The notes beneath the pieces are model-generated. The model was not told the DNA's origin. It made no database searches and worked only from the letters and a program-made list of their open reading frames with translations. A stretch of DNA of 64,000 bases from the IMG/VR virus record IMGVR_UViG_3300012983_000031, positions 1 through 64,000 of that record; one strand, 5' to 3'. A program made the translations under genes and the position numbers. The DNA comes from a virus. Its lineage: Duplodnaviria; Caudoviricetes. Each line of letters begins with the position of its first letter. Positions within the stretch are counted from its first letter, which is position 1. Positions 20,253-29,004 of this stretch are shown piece after piece.

Positions 20253-20714
20253 TTAAAATAAAGCTTTTGATTGGGTGAACTGCTTCTCAAGCCCGTAATC
20301 CTTCTCAAGCTGATCAAGTATCGAAACCTTGTCCTCAAGAGTTAGTATATCATTGTAAAGCGTTCTATAATTCAAATCGAAAAATTCTGCAATAGTACAG
20401 AATATCTGAATTATTGTAAACTCTTCCCTTTTAAGCAGTTCCTCCTTAAAATGATAATATATATCGAAGAAGTCACATCGTTCGATCTTCTTATTGTTAT
20501 TATTATATTTCTCATGGAACGGCGATTCCTTGTAAAGGGTTTCCATTAGATCCATGAGCTTTCTTTTTGTGTATATGTCCTCTATGTTTTCTGCGACGCT
20601 TTCCTCGTACCTGTCTTCTACGCAAGGGTTAATCGCGATGGCGGACTGTGTAGTTCGTTCTGTACCATATTCTACATTGTCAAATGTGTTATTAAATATC
20701 TTATCCTCTAACAT
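20253..20714 (-). CDS. Hypothetical protein, possibly a gp33-like late transcription coactivator
   Basis: ORF is real by tight packing; C-terminal helical pattern only loosely recalls gp33, so the product call is speculative. Confidence 0.6.
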   Translation of the reverse strand: MLEDKIFNNTFDNVEYGTERTTQSAIAINPCVEDRYEESVAENIEDIYTKRKLMDLMETLYKESPFHEKYNNNNKKIERCDFFDIYYHFKEELLKREEFTIIQIFCTIAEFFDLNYRTLYNDILTLEDKVSILDQLEKDYGLEKQFTQSKALF

Positions 20715-20715
20715 T

Positions 20716-22296
20716 TTAGGATTTGTTTTCTTTTAAGTCGAACAATCCCTGACCCTTCACCTTGAAGAAAGGAGAAATGATCTTGTTCTCGCTCTGTGAT
20801 GGTGCTGATTCAATAAGGTTAACTGATTGGTTCGGTGCATCATCTGGTTTTGGTGCTTCACCTGGGGTGAATGTTTGATTAATTTTCTGTTGGTTTCTTT
20901 TTTTGGCAGCACCAGCTATGAATCTATTGCTGTTGTTGTCAAGTGGATTCTGTAATGCTGTGTCAATTATTTCTTCTGTTGTATCTTCTGTTATTCTTAA
21001 ATATGTAAAATCGCATTTAAATAGCTTCTTTTTATTGGCGCGAGGTGCAACTCGATCGTACAAGCATTTCAAATAATACTGTCCTTGTGCGAGCATGAGA
21101 GCGTCGGCTATTATACCGAACAATGCATCAACTGTAGCACCAAGACCTGTTGATTCTGAAATCTGGTTAGCCTGCATGTCGTTCGTATCGAACTGAGATC
21201 GATTGGTTTGTGTAGCGGTTATTATACACCAACCATTTTTCTTTCCCATTGCCCTGAGATCCTCCGCTATCTGCTTAATCTTCATATACGTATTCTCAGT
21301 GTTCGGGTTTCTATAATTCCTCATAATGTTCAAATAATCAAGAAATATGTTCTTGAACTTGAAAGGATGACCTTCTGTCGACAACTCTTCCTCCTTTGAA
21401 AGAAGATAACTTTCCAACTCAATCACGCTTAACGTAGATGTCGGAAAATCCTTCACAATCAACGCTCCAGGCTTCACCATCTGAGATTTCCTGTAACGGT
21501 TAATCTTTTCCTTGAACGTTACAGTATCCTGTGAGTATTTAGAGTATTCCAGTGATGGAATGGAAAACATGTTCGCACCCATACGCTCAATAACCATTTC
21601 CTCTGGAAGCTCCAACGAAATATAAGCGTTATTCTCACCCTTCTCAACAGATTTTACACAAATATTCTGCATCCATAACGATTTACCTGTCTTCGGGGCA
21701 CCAGCAAAACAAATCAACGCACCAGAAAAACCTCCACCGTTAAGACAAAAATCAATGAAATCATAACCAAGCGACGATCGTATCAACTTCTTTTGCTTAT
21801 GACTTTCAGCATCCCAAAAATCTGACCCAGTATCAATATTTTCCTCAAACTCAAGAACGCACGATCTGTTAAACATCGTCTTCACATGTTCAACAACTTC
21901 CTTCGCCTTCCCGTCTTCCATCGTCTCCTGATTCAACTTTATGTATGCAGTCGCATCATAGATTGACTTCTTCACGTTTTCAAGGATCGCCCAGTTTGTC
22001 GCCTCATCATACAACCATTCATCCGTGTAATTATCCAACATCCTCTTCTGCGCATAAAGGACATCAATGATATCATCAGTCAACGTCTCTTCCTGATGAT
22101 TATTGATTACCAACTGCTTCATCTGCTCACTGGACGGAGCCTGATGATACTTGATCACATAATCCTTTGCCAGCCTGAACGCAATCTGCAGATTCTTGGC
22201 TGAAAAGAATTCTGGCTCAAATCTCATGACTAAACTCGGTTCAGATAGGATATAATGATAATATACATTCTGTAAGAATGGTGATGAACTTGCCAT
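20716..22296 (-). CDS. gp41: Replicative DnaB-family helicase, T4 gp41-like
   Basis: AGAPKTGKS, YISLEL, VKDFPT, FLDYL, TATQTNR, SES motifs. Confidence 0.93.
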   Translation of the reverse strand: MASSSPFLQNVYYHYILSEPSLVMRFEPEFFSAKNLQIAFRLAKDYVIKYHQAPSSEQMKQLVINNHQEETLTDDIIDVLYAQKRMLDNYTDEWLYDEATNWAILENVKKSIYDATAYIKLNQETMEDGKAKEVVEHVKTMFNRSCVLEFEENIDTGSDFWDAESHKQKKLIRSSLGYDFIDFCLNGGGFSGALICFAGAPKTGKSLWMQNICVKSVEKGENNAYISLELPEEMVIERMGANMFSIPSLEYSKYSQDTVTFKEKINRYRKSQMVKPGALIVKDFPTSTLSVIELESYLLSKEEELSTEGHPFKFKNIFLDYLNIMRNYRNPNTENTYMKIKQIAEDLRAMGKKNGWCIITATQTNRSQFDTNDMQANQISESTGLGATVDALFGIIADALMLAQGQYYLKCLYDRVAPRANKKKLFKCDFTYLRITEDTTEEIIDTALQNPLDNNSNRFIAGAAKKRNQQKINQTFTPGEAPKPDDAPNQSVNLIESAPSQSENKIISPFFKVKGQGLFDLKENKS

Positions 22297-22319
22297 TAAA
22301 TTGAATTCTCCTTTACATT

Positions 22320-22351
22320 ATTATACTGCAAAAAACAGAAAAAGATTAAAA
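22320..22351 (-). promoter_or_regulatory. Phage middle-type promoter TTTTAATC-N18-TATAAT upstream of helicase
   Basis: One of six copies with conserved spacing. Confidence 0.8.
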
Positions 22352-22386
22352 TCACTATCTATTTTTCGCAATAAACAATTTTGTTG

Positions 22387-22394
22387 CAAAGTTA
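22387..22394 (-). promoter_or_regulatory. Bacteroidota-type -7 element (TAACTTTG) upstream of helicase
   Basis: Same 19-bp context as the site at 17405. Confidence 0.7.
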
Positions 22395-22445
22395 CAACTT
22401 TTATTTTAAATAGATAAATAAGTAACCAAAAAACTTTTGAAAAAA

Positions 22446-23237
22446 ATGGAAAAGAGGAAAGATATACAGATTTTTGAGCTCGCATATAAAAAAGTTCCAT
22501 ACGGCTTTTGGGATAATGCGTTGTACACCCCGATACAATGCGGGGCGGCAACAGCGAAAAATAAAATATGCGAACTCCAGGACAACACTGGTGACAACAT
22601 ATCCGACAAGAACTATTTCTATTCGGAAACAACTGGAACATACTGGATCTGGAAAAACACGGACACAGACTTCGTCGGACAATGCCAGTATCGCCGAAGA
22701 CTAAAGTTCGACGAGGACACCGATTTCTCCAAAATGTTGGACAAATACAGAATCATAACAAACACGCCGATGGAAATAAAAGGATCAATAAAAAGGCAAA
22801 TGCTTGCATGTCACCCTCAAATTGATTATGACGCATTTGTCAATATCATCTGCAAATCTTTTCCAGAATACAAAGAAAGCGTGAATTACATATTCAACAA
22901 TCTAAAAATACTGTTCTTCTCATCATCATATGTAATGAGAAGAGAAGATTTTGAACGATACTGTTCGTTCGCGTTCACAGTCCTTGAGAGATATTTCTAT
23001 GACATGGGGTTCGAAAACAAAGACGTCCTTGAGAAATATGTCAGAGAACGTATAAATGGAAAAAGAAAGGAAATCCTCTCAAGACCTGTGAATTATCACA
23101 TGCTCATTGGAGGATTCCTTCAGGAAAGATTATATAGCGCATGGCTGTTATCAAATTTTGATATCAACAAGATAAAGTTTGTCGACTTCAAGTTCCTTGA
23201 AAATGACATCAAGGTTGTTCACAGCTTAAGTCTATAA
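22446..23237 (+). CDS. DUF4422-family glycosyltransferase-like protein
   Basis: PIQCGA...DNTGDNISDKNYFYSETTGTYWIWKN...FVGQCQYRR...GFLQERL; GATAAATA at 22413-22420. Confidence 0.85.
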   Translation: MEKRKDIQIFELAYKKVPYGFWDNALYTPIQCGAATAKNKICELQDNTGDNISDKNYFYSETTGTYWIWKNTDTDFVGQCQYRRRLKFDEDTDFSKMLDKYRIITNTPMEIKGSIKRQMLACHPQIDYDAFVNIICKSFPEYKESVNYIFNNLKILFFSSSYVMRREDFERYCSFAFTVLERYFYDMGFENKDVLEKYVRERINGKRKEILSRPVNYHMLIGGFLQERLYSAWLLSNFDINKIKFVDFKFLENDIKVVHSLSL

Positions 23238-23691
23238 TTCTTTGATTTGATGATCCCCTAAACTTCAAAGTTACATCTGCCTTATCCATTTCAAACGGAC
23301 CATCGACAACGGTATCGCACTTACCAGCTACCCTACGCTGATCATCGCTGAGAGATTCATACTTATACCCAGTATAAATCCATATCGTCTTCTCTGGATT
23401 ATTGTATCCGAACTTCTCTCTAAACTGATCAATTATGTTTTCAACCTCTGATAAATTATTCGGATCCAGCGGTTCACCTCCAAGAATTGTCAAGCCAGAA
23501 CAATATTCTATATCAATAGATGTAAGTATCCTGTCTATCACTTCCTGTGTAAACTCTTTCCCGTACTGGAAATCCCACGCCTGCTTATTGAAGCAACCCT
23601 TGCAGTGAATTCTGCAGCCACTAACGAACAAAGAGGTTCTGACTCCTGTTCCGTTAGTGGTTGAGCAATATTTGATGTTCGCGTAATGCAT
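23209..23691 (-). CDS. nrdG: Anaerobic ribonucleotide reductase activating enzyme (radical SAM)
   Basis: NGTGVRTSLFVSGCRIHCKGCFN, LGGEP, FRGSSNQR; start ATG 23691. Confidence 0.95.
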   Translation of the reverse strand: MHYANIKYCSTTNGTGVRTSLFVSGCRIHCKGCFNKQAWDFQYGKEFTQEVIDRILTSIDIEYCSGLTILGGEPLDPNNLSEVENIIDQFREKFGYNNPEKTIWIYTGYKYESLSDDQRRVAGKCDTVVDGPFEMDKADVTLKFRGSSNQRIIDLSCEQP

Positions 23692-23719
23692 AATCAATCT
23701 GTGTAGTTTTTTGGTTAAA

Positions 23720-26700
23720 TTACTCTTCAGCTTCCTTATTCTCATCAATATCAGTGTGAATGACTCTGTGATATATGTCATCAAGACGACCCTTGTTCGT
23801 GTTTCCAGCATTCACCTTGCCAAGATATCCACAGATGCGAGCTGTAACATCAAGAGAATCATCATCATCATTTCCACAATTTGGGCAAATGAATTTGAAA
23901 ACACCATCTTCTGTTTTAATAAGTTGAATGTCACCTTCATATCCACAATGTTTACAAACACCTATTTTTCTATTAACCTCCGCATATATAATATGATTAT
24001 GCATCCACTGAATCATCTTGATAATCGCCTCTGGATTATTAACGAGATCAGCAGTTTCAACATAACTAACCGCACCACCAGATGATAACGCAAGATATTC
24101 ACCCTCAATTTCAAGCTTTTTAAATGCATCAATTTCCTCACGAGGATCTACATGATATGAATTTACGACATAATCCTTATCCGTAATCTTCGGAATCAAT
24201 CCAAAACTTTTACGAAGAGCAAGTGCAAATTTATATGTCAGCGATTCCTCTGGTGTTCCATAAATCGCATACATAATATTATCATTTTTCTTCCATTCAG
24301 AAAGAATATTATTTATATGTTGCATTATTTCCTTGCACAATTTTCGTCCTTTGTCTGTTGTATTAGATTCTCCTATCAACGCCTCTACGGTTTCATAGAG
24401 CCCAACATAACCAAGACTGACAGTTGAACGAGTAGGATGTTGATCCATCAATTCACCAACAGTCATGTCTGGTTCCATTCTTGACAATGCACCATACATC
24501 CACAATATTGGTGAATTCTTTGCCTTGATCTTTCTGCAAGATTTAACTCTTTCCTGCATCGCTCGTCTACACAATTCAAGCCAATTATCAAGATTTTCAT
24601 AGAAGTCAATTCCCCTCTCCTTAGATTCCAAAGCAACATAAGGAAGATTAATTGTTATCACACCATTATTCCAACGTCCATAAACCATAGGTTGTTTAAT
24701 AACAACTTCTGTATCTGTCTTTTTAATCAACCAACCTGTATTTCCTCTAAAATTGATAGAGTATTCACCATCATCGTATCCTGATTTATATTCTCCATTT
24801 GGCAAAGATTCAAACGATCTTGCATCAATAAACTCACAATACGGATAAACAGAGCCAGCAACCCAGAAAAACTTTGTATCAACTGGATATGTACGCTCTT
24901 CCCAAATAGGACCTAACAAAGAGCGACACCCCATCATCGGGATAATTTGACCCTGTTTGACCTCACGTGTCATCTTTTCAGAAACAATATCTGGCTGCAT
25001 TCTTTTTGCAATACATTCAGCTGCAAGTTCTGTCAGATAATAATATGGATCTGATTTTTTAACGTTTAACCCATCACACGTCCAATATAACAGCTTCGGG
25101 AACAATGGGCTGATATACTGACCACTCGCATCTTTTACGCCCTTTATACGGCGTTTTAGAACCTCCTCAATCAACATAGCAAAATCATCAAGCTCTTGTT
25201 GCGTCTGTGCTTCACGTAAACAAAGATTATTAGAAACGAAAGGTGTCTGACCATTAGCCGAAGAATGACAAAGAACCTGATACTGATAAATCTTCACACC
25301 TTCGGAGACTTCTTCACGAAGTTTAATCTCGGTAAGACGAACGATCTGTTCCTCTGTAATTTCAACACCTATATTTTTAGCATCATTTATGATATTTTTA
25401 CGAATAACCTTTCTCGATTGATTAATATACGGGACAAGATGAATCCACGACATTGTTTGACCACCATACTGCCTCCCTGATATTAGCAATGCAATTTGAG
25501 CAGCAAGGTTAACCATTGTTCTAAACGGTGTCTCACCATTAGGTTCTATCAACGTATCACCCATCACAAACCCATGTTCAAACATATTTTCAAGGTCATA
25601 TACATCACAATTTCCTGTTATTATTCCATTTTCAAGAGTAAATGTATGAGTAATTGGTTCATTAACACAATAAACATTAACTGATGGATTTCCACGTCTA
25701 AAACTTTCTATAGATTTAACAATCCAATATGAATCATTTTTTTGAGGCGGTAAAAATTTAAAATAACAATAATATCTATTTTCTTTATAATTTGTTGAAT
25801 TATATCCATCGCGCTTGATTGTTATAAAATAACCAGCCATTCCTGCACACTCCTCTATAAGTTCTATAACACGCGAATCTGATGTTTGAATACTATAGTC
25901 CTTTGTTCTACCATCAGCTGCATACAAACCTTCAAATAACAAAGCTTTATGTTTTGTTGACAGATATCTCCAACATCTACCATTAAGAAAATCTTGTTTA
26001 GATTTATATTTTGTATATGGTACCATGTCGCCATTAGACAAACATTTCATTCTATAACCAGCTTTTTCGAAAATGTGTGCATATTTATTTTTTGAACCAC
26101 ATAATCTACAAGTCATGTGTAATTGTTCGTGAGGTGTTTGATCGCTACCATCTCCAACAACAAAACCCATACACCATGCACGAGCGTCATCAATGGTTTC
26201 TATTTCTTGTTTTACATCTGGTCCATTTGTCTGCCACAATTTATCACCAACTTTTAACGATGTTGTAAAATTTCCATCACTTAACAACCATTTATGATCT
26301 GCTGTTGCGACAACCGTTCTTGCACCTGTTCCTTTTTTTCTCACAAATGTAATGTTATATAATTTTTGTGGTTCATATATATGAACAGTTGCCTCCCGAA
26401 ACGATCCAAGATAATCTTTAACAATAACCTTTTCTCCGTTTATAAAATCTGAAAATTTTCTTATACCTTTATCTGTGATAAATTTTTGAGATGGACCAAA
26501 ACAATTATGAAGTGGTTGAATTGGACTGTAATCAGCATCATGCCAATGAATGATTCCTTCATTATGTGCCTTAACAATATCCTTTGGGATAACTTTATTT
26601 GCTAAACCTTTACACATAATTCCTGCAATATAATCACGAATTGAAGCGTTGTCATCAATGTGCTTGTTCGCGTTATCACCTCTCAGCGAAGAAGTACCGT

Positions 26701-27019
26701 CAAGCAATGACATAATCTTTTCCTCATTACCTGTGAACTTCTTGCTTTGCCTCTTCTTATCCCTGTAAAGGATATAAGACTTTGCCACACTGTACTTGTT
26801 GTGGCGCACAAGAGCCTGCTCGACAAAATCCTGGATGTCCTCAACCTTTACAGAATTGAATCCAGTAAGCTTCTTCAACACAGTGTTTATCACTTTCTGT
26901 ATAGCCTCATCGTTCATCTGCTCATCTGGGCTTACAGTGGAGTTCGCCTTTCTAATTGCTTTCTCGATCTTATCAAGACAAAAGTCCTGTTCAGATTCAT
27001 TACGTTTAATTACCCGCAT
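23720..27019 (-). CDS. nrdD: Anaerobic (class III) ribonucleoside-triphosphate reductase with ATP-cone; contains an intein
   Basis: N-terminal ATP-cone MRVIKRN, QYGGQT, FPKL, MGCRS, TPEESL, NSYHV, CxxC...CxxC, RICGYL glycyl-radical motif. Confidence 0.95.
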   Translation of the reverse strand: MRVIKRNESEQDFCLDKIEKAIRKANSTVSPDEQMNDEAIQKVINTVLKKLTGFNSVKVEDIQDFVEQALVRHNKYSVAKSYILYRDKKRQSKKFTGNEEKIMSLLDGTSSLRGDNANKHIDDNASIRDYIAGIMCKGLANKVIPKDIVKAHNEGIIHWHDADYSPIQPLHNCFGPSQKFITDKGIRKFSDFINGEKVIVKDYLGSFREATVHIYEPQKLYNITFVRKKGTGARTVVATADHKWLLSDGNFTTSLKVGDKLWQTNGPDVKQEIETIDDARAWCMGFVVGDGSDQTPHEQLHMTCRLCGSKNKYAHIFEKAGYRMKCLSNGDMVPYTKYKSKQDFLNGRCWRYLSTKHKALLFEGLYAADGRTKDYSIQTSDSRVIELIEECAGMAGYFITIKRDGYNSTNYKENRYYCYFKFLPPQKNDSYWIVKSIESFRRGNPSVNVYCVNEPITHTFTLENGIITGNCDVYDLENMFEHGFVMGDTLIEPNGETPFRTMVNLAAQIALLISGRQYGGQTMSWIHLVPYINQSRKVIRKNIINDAKNIGVEITEEQIVRLTEIKLREEVSEGVKIYQYQVLCHSSANGQTPFVSNNLCLREAQTQQELDDFAMLIEEVLKRRIKGVKDASGQYISPLFPKLLYWTCDGLNVKKSDPYYYLTELAAECIAKRMQPDIVSEKMTREVKQGQIIPMMGCRSLLGPIWEERTYPVDTKFFWVAGSVYPYCEFIDARSFESLPNGEYKSGYDDGEYSINFRGNTGWLIKKTDTEVVIKQPMVYGRWNNGVITINLPYVALESKERGIDFYENLDNWLELCRRAMQERVKSCRKIKAKNSPILWMYGALSRMEPDMTVGELMDQHPTRSTVSLGYVGLYETVEALIGESNTTDKGRKLCKEIMQHINNILSEWKKNDNIMYAIYGTPEESLTYKFALALRKSFGLIPKITDKDYVVNSYHVDPREEIDAFKKLEIEGEYLALSSGGAVSYVETADLVNNPEAIIKMIQWMHNHIIYAEVNRKIGVCKHCGYEGDIQLIKTEDGVFKFICPNCGNDDDDSLDVTARICGYLGKVNAGNTNKGRLDDIYHRVIHTDIDENKEAEE
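25610..26503 (-). mobile_element. Intein (298 aa) with LAGLIDADG homing endonuclease in nrdD
   Basis: PLHN|CFGPSQKFIT...TADHKW...MGFVVGDGS...EGLYAADG...HTFTLENGIITGN|CDV. Confidence 0.92.
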
Positions 27020-27121
27020 GTTATAAAATTATTTTTGGTTTGTAGCACCTTATCTTCGATAAGGATGTACGTTATTTATTACAGTAGCCCAAAAACATTG
27101 TGTACATGAGCCTTCTACATT

Positions 27122-27153
27122 ATTATACGATCAAAAACAAATTTCGATTAAAA
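27122..27153 (-). promoter_or_regulatory. Middle-type promoter TTTTAATC-N18-TATAAT upstream of nrdD
   Basis: Exact bipartite motif with 18-nt spacer. Confidence 0.8.
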
Positions 27154-27234
27154 ATTGATGAGAAAAAATTAAATAAATAGATGTCGAAAACTCAACTTAA
27201 GATAAATAATGCAAAGAAATGTTTTGAACGAAAA

Positions 27235-27357
27235 ATGGCTAATCCTACATATATTGACAGCTCAACATGGGCAGAAAACAAAGAATACCTGAACTGGCCA
27301 GGTCTTCAATATCTATATTACACAAAACTGAAAGCCGATGCAAGCTCTAATTCATAA
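27235..27357 (+). CDS. Small 40-aa late protein (not in ORF track)
   Basis: MANPTYIDSSTWAENKEYLNWPGLQYLYYTKLKADASSNS; GATAAATA at 27201-27208; terminator directly after the stop. Confidence 0.7.
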   Translation: MANPTYIDSSTWAENKEYLNWPGLQYLYYTKLKADASSNS

Positions 27358-27362
27358 AAAAT

Positions 27363-27388
27363 AAAAGGAGGGAAAATCCCTCCTTTTT
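27363..27388. terminator. Bidirectional intrinsic terminator
   Basis: AAAAGGAGGGA-aaa-TCCCTCCTTTT. Confidence 0.9.
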
Positions 27389-28917
27389 TATATTGTGAAC
27401 GTTTTCTGCTTTACCGCATTTTCATCTTTCAAAACCTTTACACCAATCACTTCATTCCTCTTTCTACCTTTATATTCTTTTCCTTGCTCAAGTTCAAGAG
27501 GCTTAACGCTTTGAACATTATTCAGAACATCACCATACTCTAACAGAAAACTATCATATTCTTCACGAGCAGCATCAGATAAACCTTTCTTCAAAGCATC
27601 AACCTTCGCATTATACAGTTTCAACCCTATTGAAGAAGCACCATTAGCATTTCTGGATGTGACAACATACTTGTCACCATCCTTCATCGTCACCTTGTAC
27701 AAATCAGCTTTTTGATCCATGTTGCGATATATTTCACGGATAACGCTAACCGCGTATCTTGAATTAAACAACGATATCACATCCTTGACCTCATCATAAT
27801 CGTATGCTGGAAGGTTTATCGTGAAATTACCAAACCCTACCCTGTAATGTTCAAAACTTCCATATTTATAGACTGGCTTCGGGAGTTCATGCCGAACCCT
27901 GGTATTTCTTCGCTCTGGCTTATTTGTCGTGACAGCAAGAAACCTATCCTTCTCTGGAAGCTCAATCTTCTTTCCTCTCTCGACACCAACCTTGCCATCA
28001 AGAACTGGAGTGTCCAAATCATCAATCTGAACATTTCCTGGCATAACCTTGTTCATCTCATCACATAGACTTTTTCTTGTCAACAACGCCTCTTTTTGAG
28101 CTTGCTTCTGTGTTGGCGCAGACCAATAACATTTCTCACCATCAGAAAAATAAAATGTGTACTTAGGCATGCCTTTCTCAATTCTTGCATTCATCGTATC
28201 ATAACAAGGCTTTTCAGTTCGTTCGATGATAAGATTAGCCATCATCTTAGCATGTTCCTCTGAATCAGCTCTAACACGAATAATCTCTCCGTTAGACAAC
28301 GTAACCCAGTAAGGAACAAACACGGCATTCATCAACATGCTTTTAGCCTCATCCTTATCAAGTTCAGTTGAAGAATCCGCTGCATCTAATGACGAATCCT
28401 TTGCGAGTAACGCTGCACCAGCCGCTGCACCAGCTGCGCCTCCAGCACCAAGCAAAGCCTGCTTTGCCCTGTCAACCCATGAAGTCTCACTTTTATCTTT
28501 ACTTGATCCAAACAATGAAGATTTCGACGAAGACGATGAAGATGAAGATACACGAGAATGACCTAAATAATCTGTCCAATATCCAGGAGATAAAGTATTC
28601 ATCCATGAATTTTTATCTTCAAAATTTCTGCTGAATCTATTATACAATGCAGCAACTCCTGTCAACAAAGCAATAGGCCAACTAATAAACGATGTCAGCA
28701 AAAAACTTGGAATTGACTTAGCAAAACCAGAGAGACCGCTTGTTTTATATCCACCAGTCTGATCATAACCATACTTTTCTCTATGTCCTTCGTTTAACGA
28801 CTGAACAACTAAATCGGATCCATATGAAGAAACAAGATACTCAAGAATTTCTTTATCAAAATCGTCAATCTTCGGAACATTAAGAGATTCAGATGTATAT
28901 ATTGGCTGAATTATCAT
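27388..28917 (-). CDS. Late protein with hydrophobic helices and four small repeated domains; candidate head-internal protein
   Basis: GATAAATA at 28940-28947; SLNEG motif; SFLLTSFISWPIALLTGVAALY; poly-Ser linker. Confidence 0.8.
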   Translation of the reverse strand: MIIQPIYTSESLNVPKIDDFDKEILEYLVSSYGSDLVVQSLNEGHREKYGYDQTGGYKTSGLSGFAKSIPSFLLTSFISWPIALLTGVAALYNRFSRNFEDKNSWMNTLSPGYWTDYLGHSRVSSSSSSSSKSSLFGSSKDKSETSWVDRAKQALLGAGGAAGAAAGAALLAKDSSLDAADSSTELDKDEAKSMLMNAVFVPYWVTLSNGEIIRVRADSEEHAKMMANLIIERTEKPCYDTMNARIEKGMPKYTFYFSDGEKCYWSAPTQKQAQKEALLTRKSLCDEMNKVMPGNVQIDDLDTPVLDGKVGVERGKKIELPEKDRFLAVTTNKPERRNTRVRHELPKPVYKYGSFEHYRVGFGNFTINLPAYDYDEVKDVISLFNSRYAVSVIREIYRNMDQKADLYKVTMKDGDKYVVTSRNANGASSIGLKLYNAKVDALKKGLSDAAREEYDSFLLEYGDVLNNVQSVKPLELEQGKEYKGRKRNEVIGVKVLKDENAVKQKTFTI

Positions 28918-28958
28918 GTAAATAAAATGTAATTTACACTATTTATCCAACAAATAAA

Positions 28959-28976
28959 GCGATCCAAAAAGATCGC
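28959..28976 (-). terminator. Probable terminator hairpin after the vWA gene
   Basis: GCGATC-caaaaa-GATCGC. Confidence 0.55.
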
Positions 28977-29004
28977 CTTATCATAATATTATGTTTTTAT
29001 ATTT

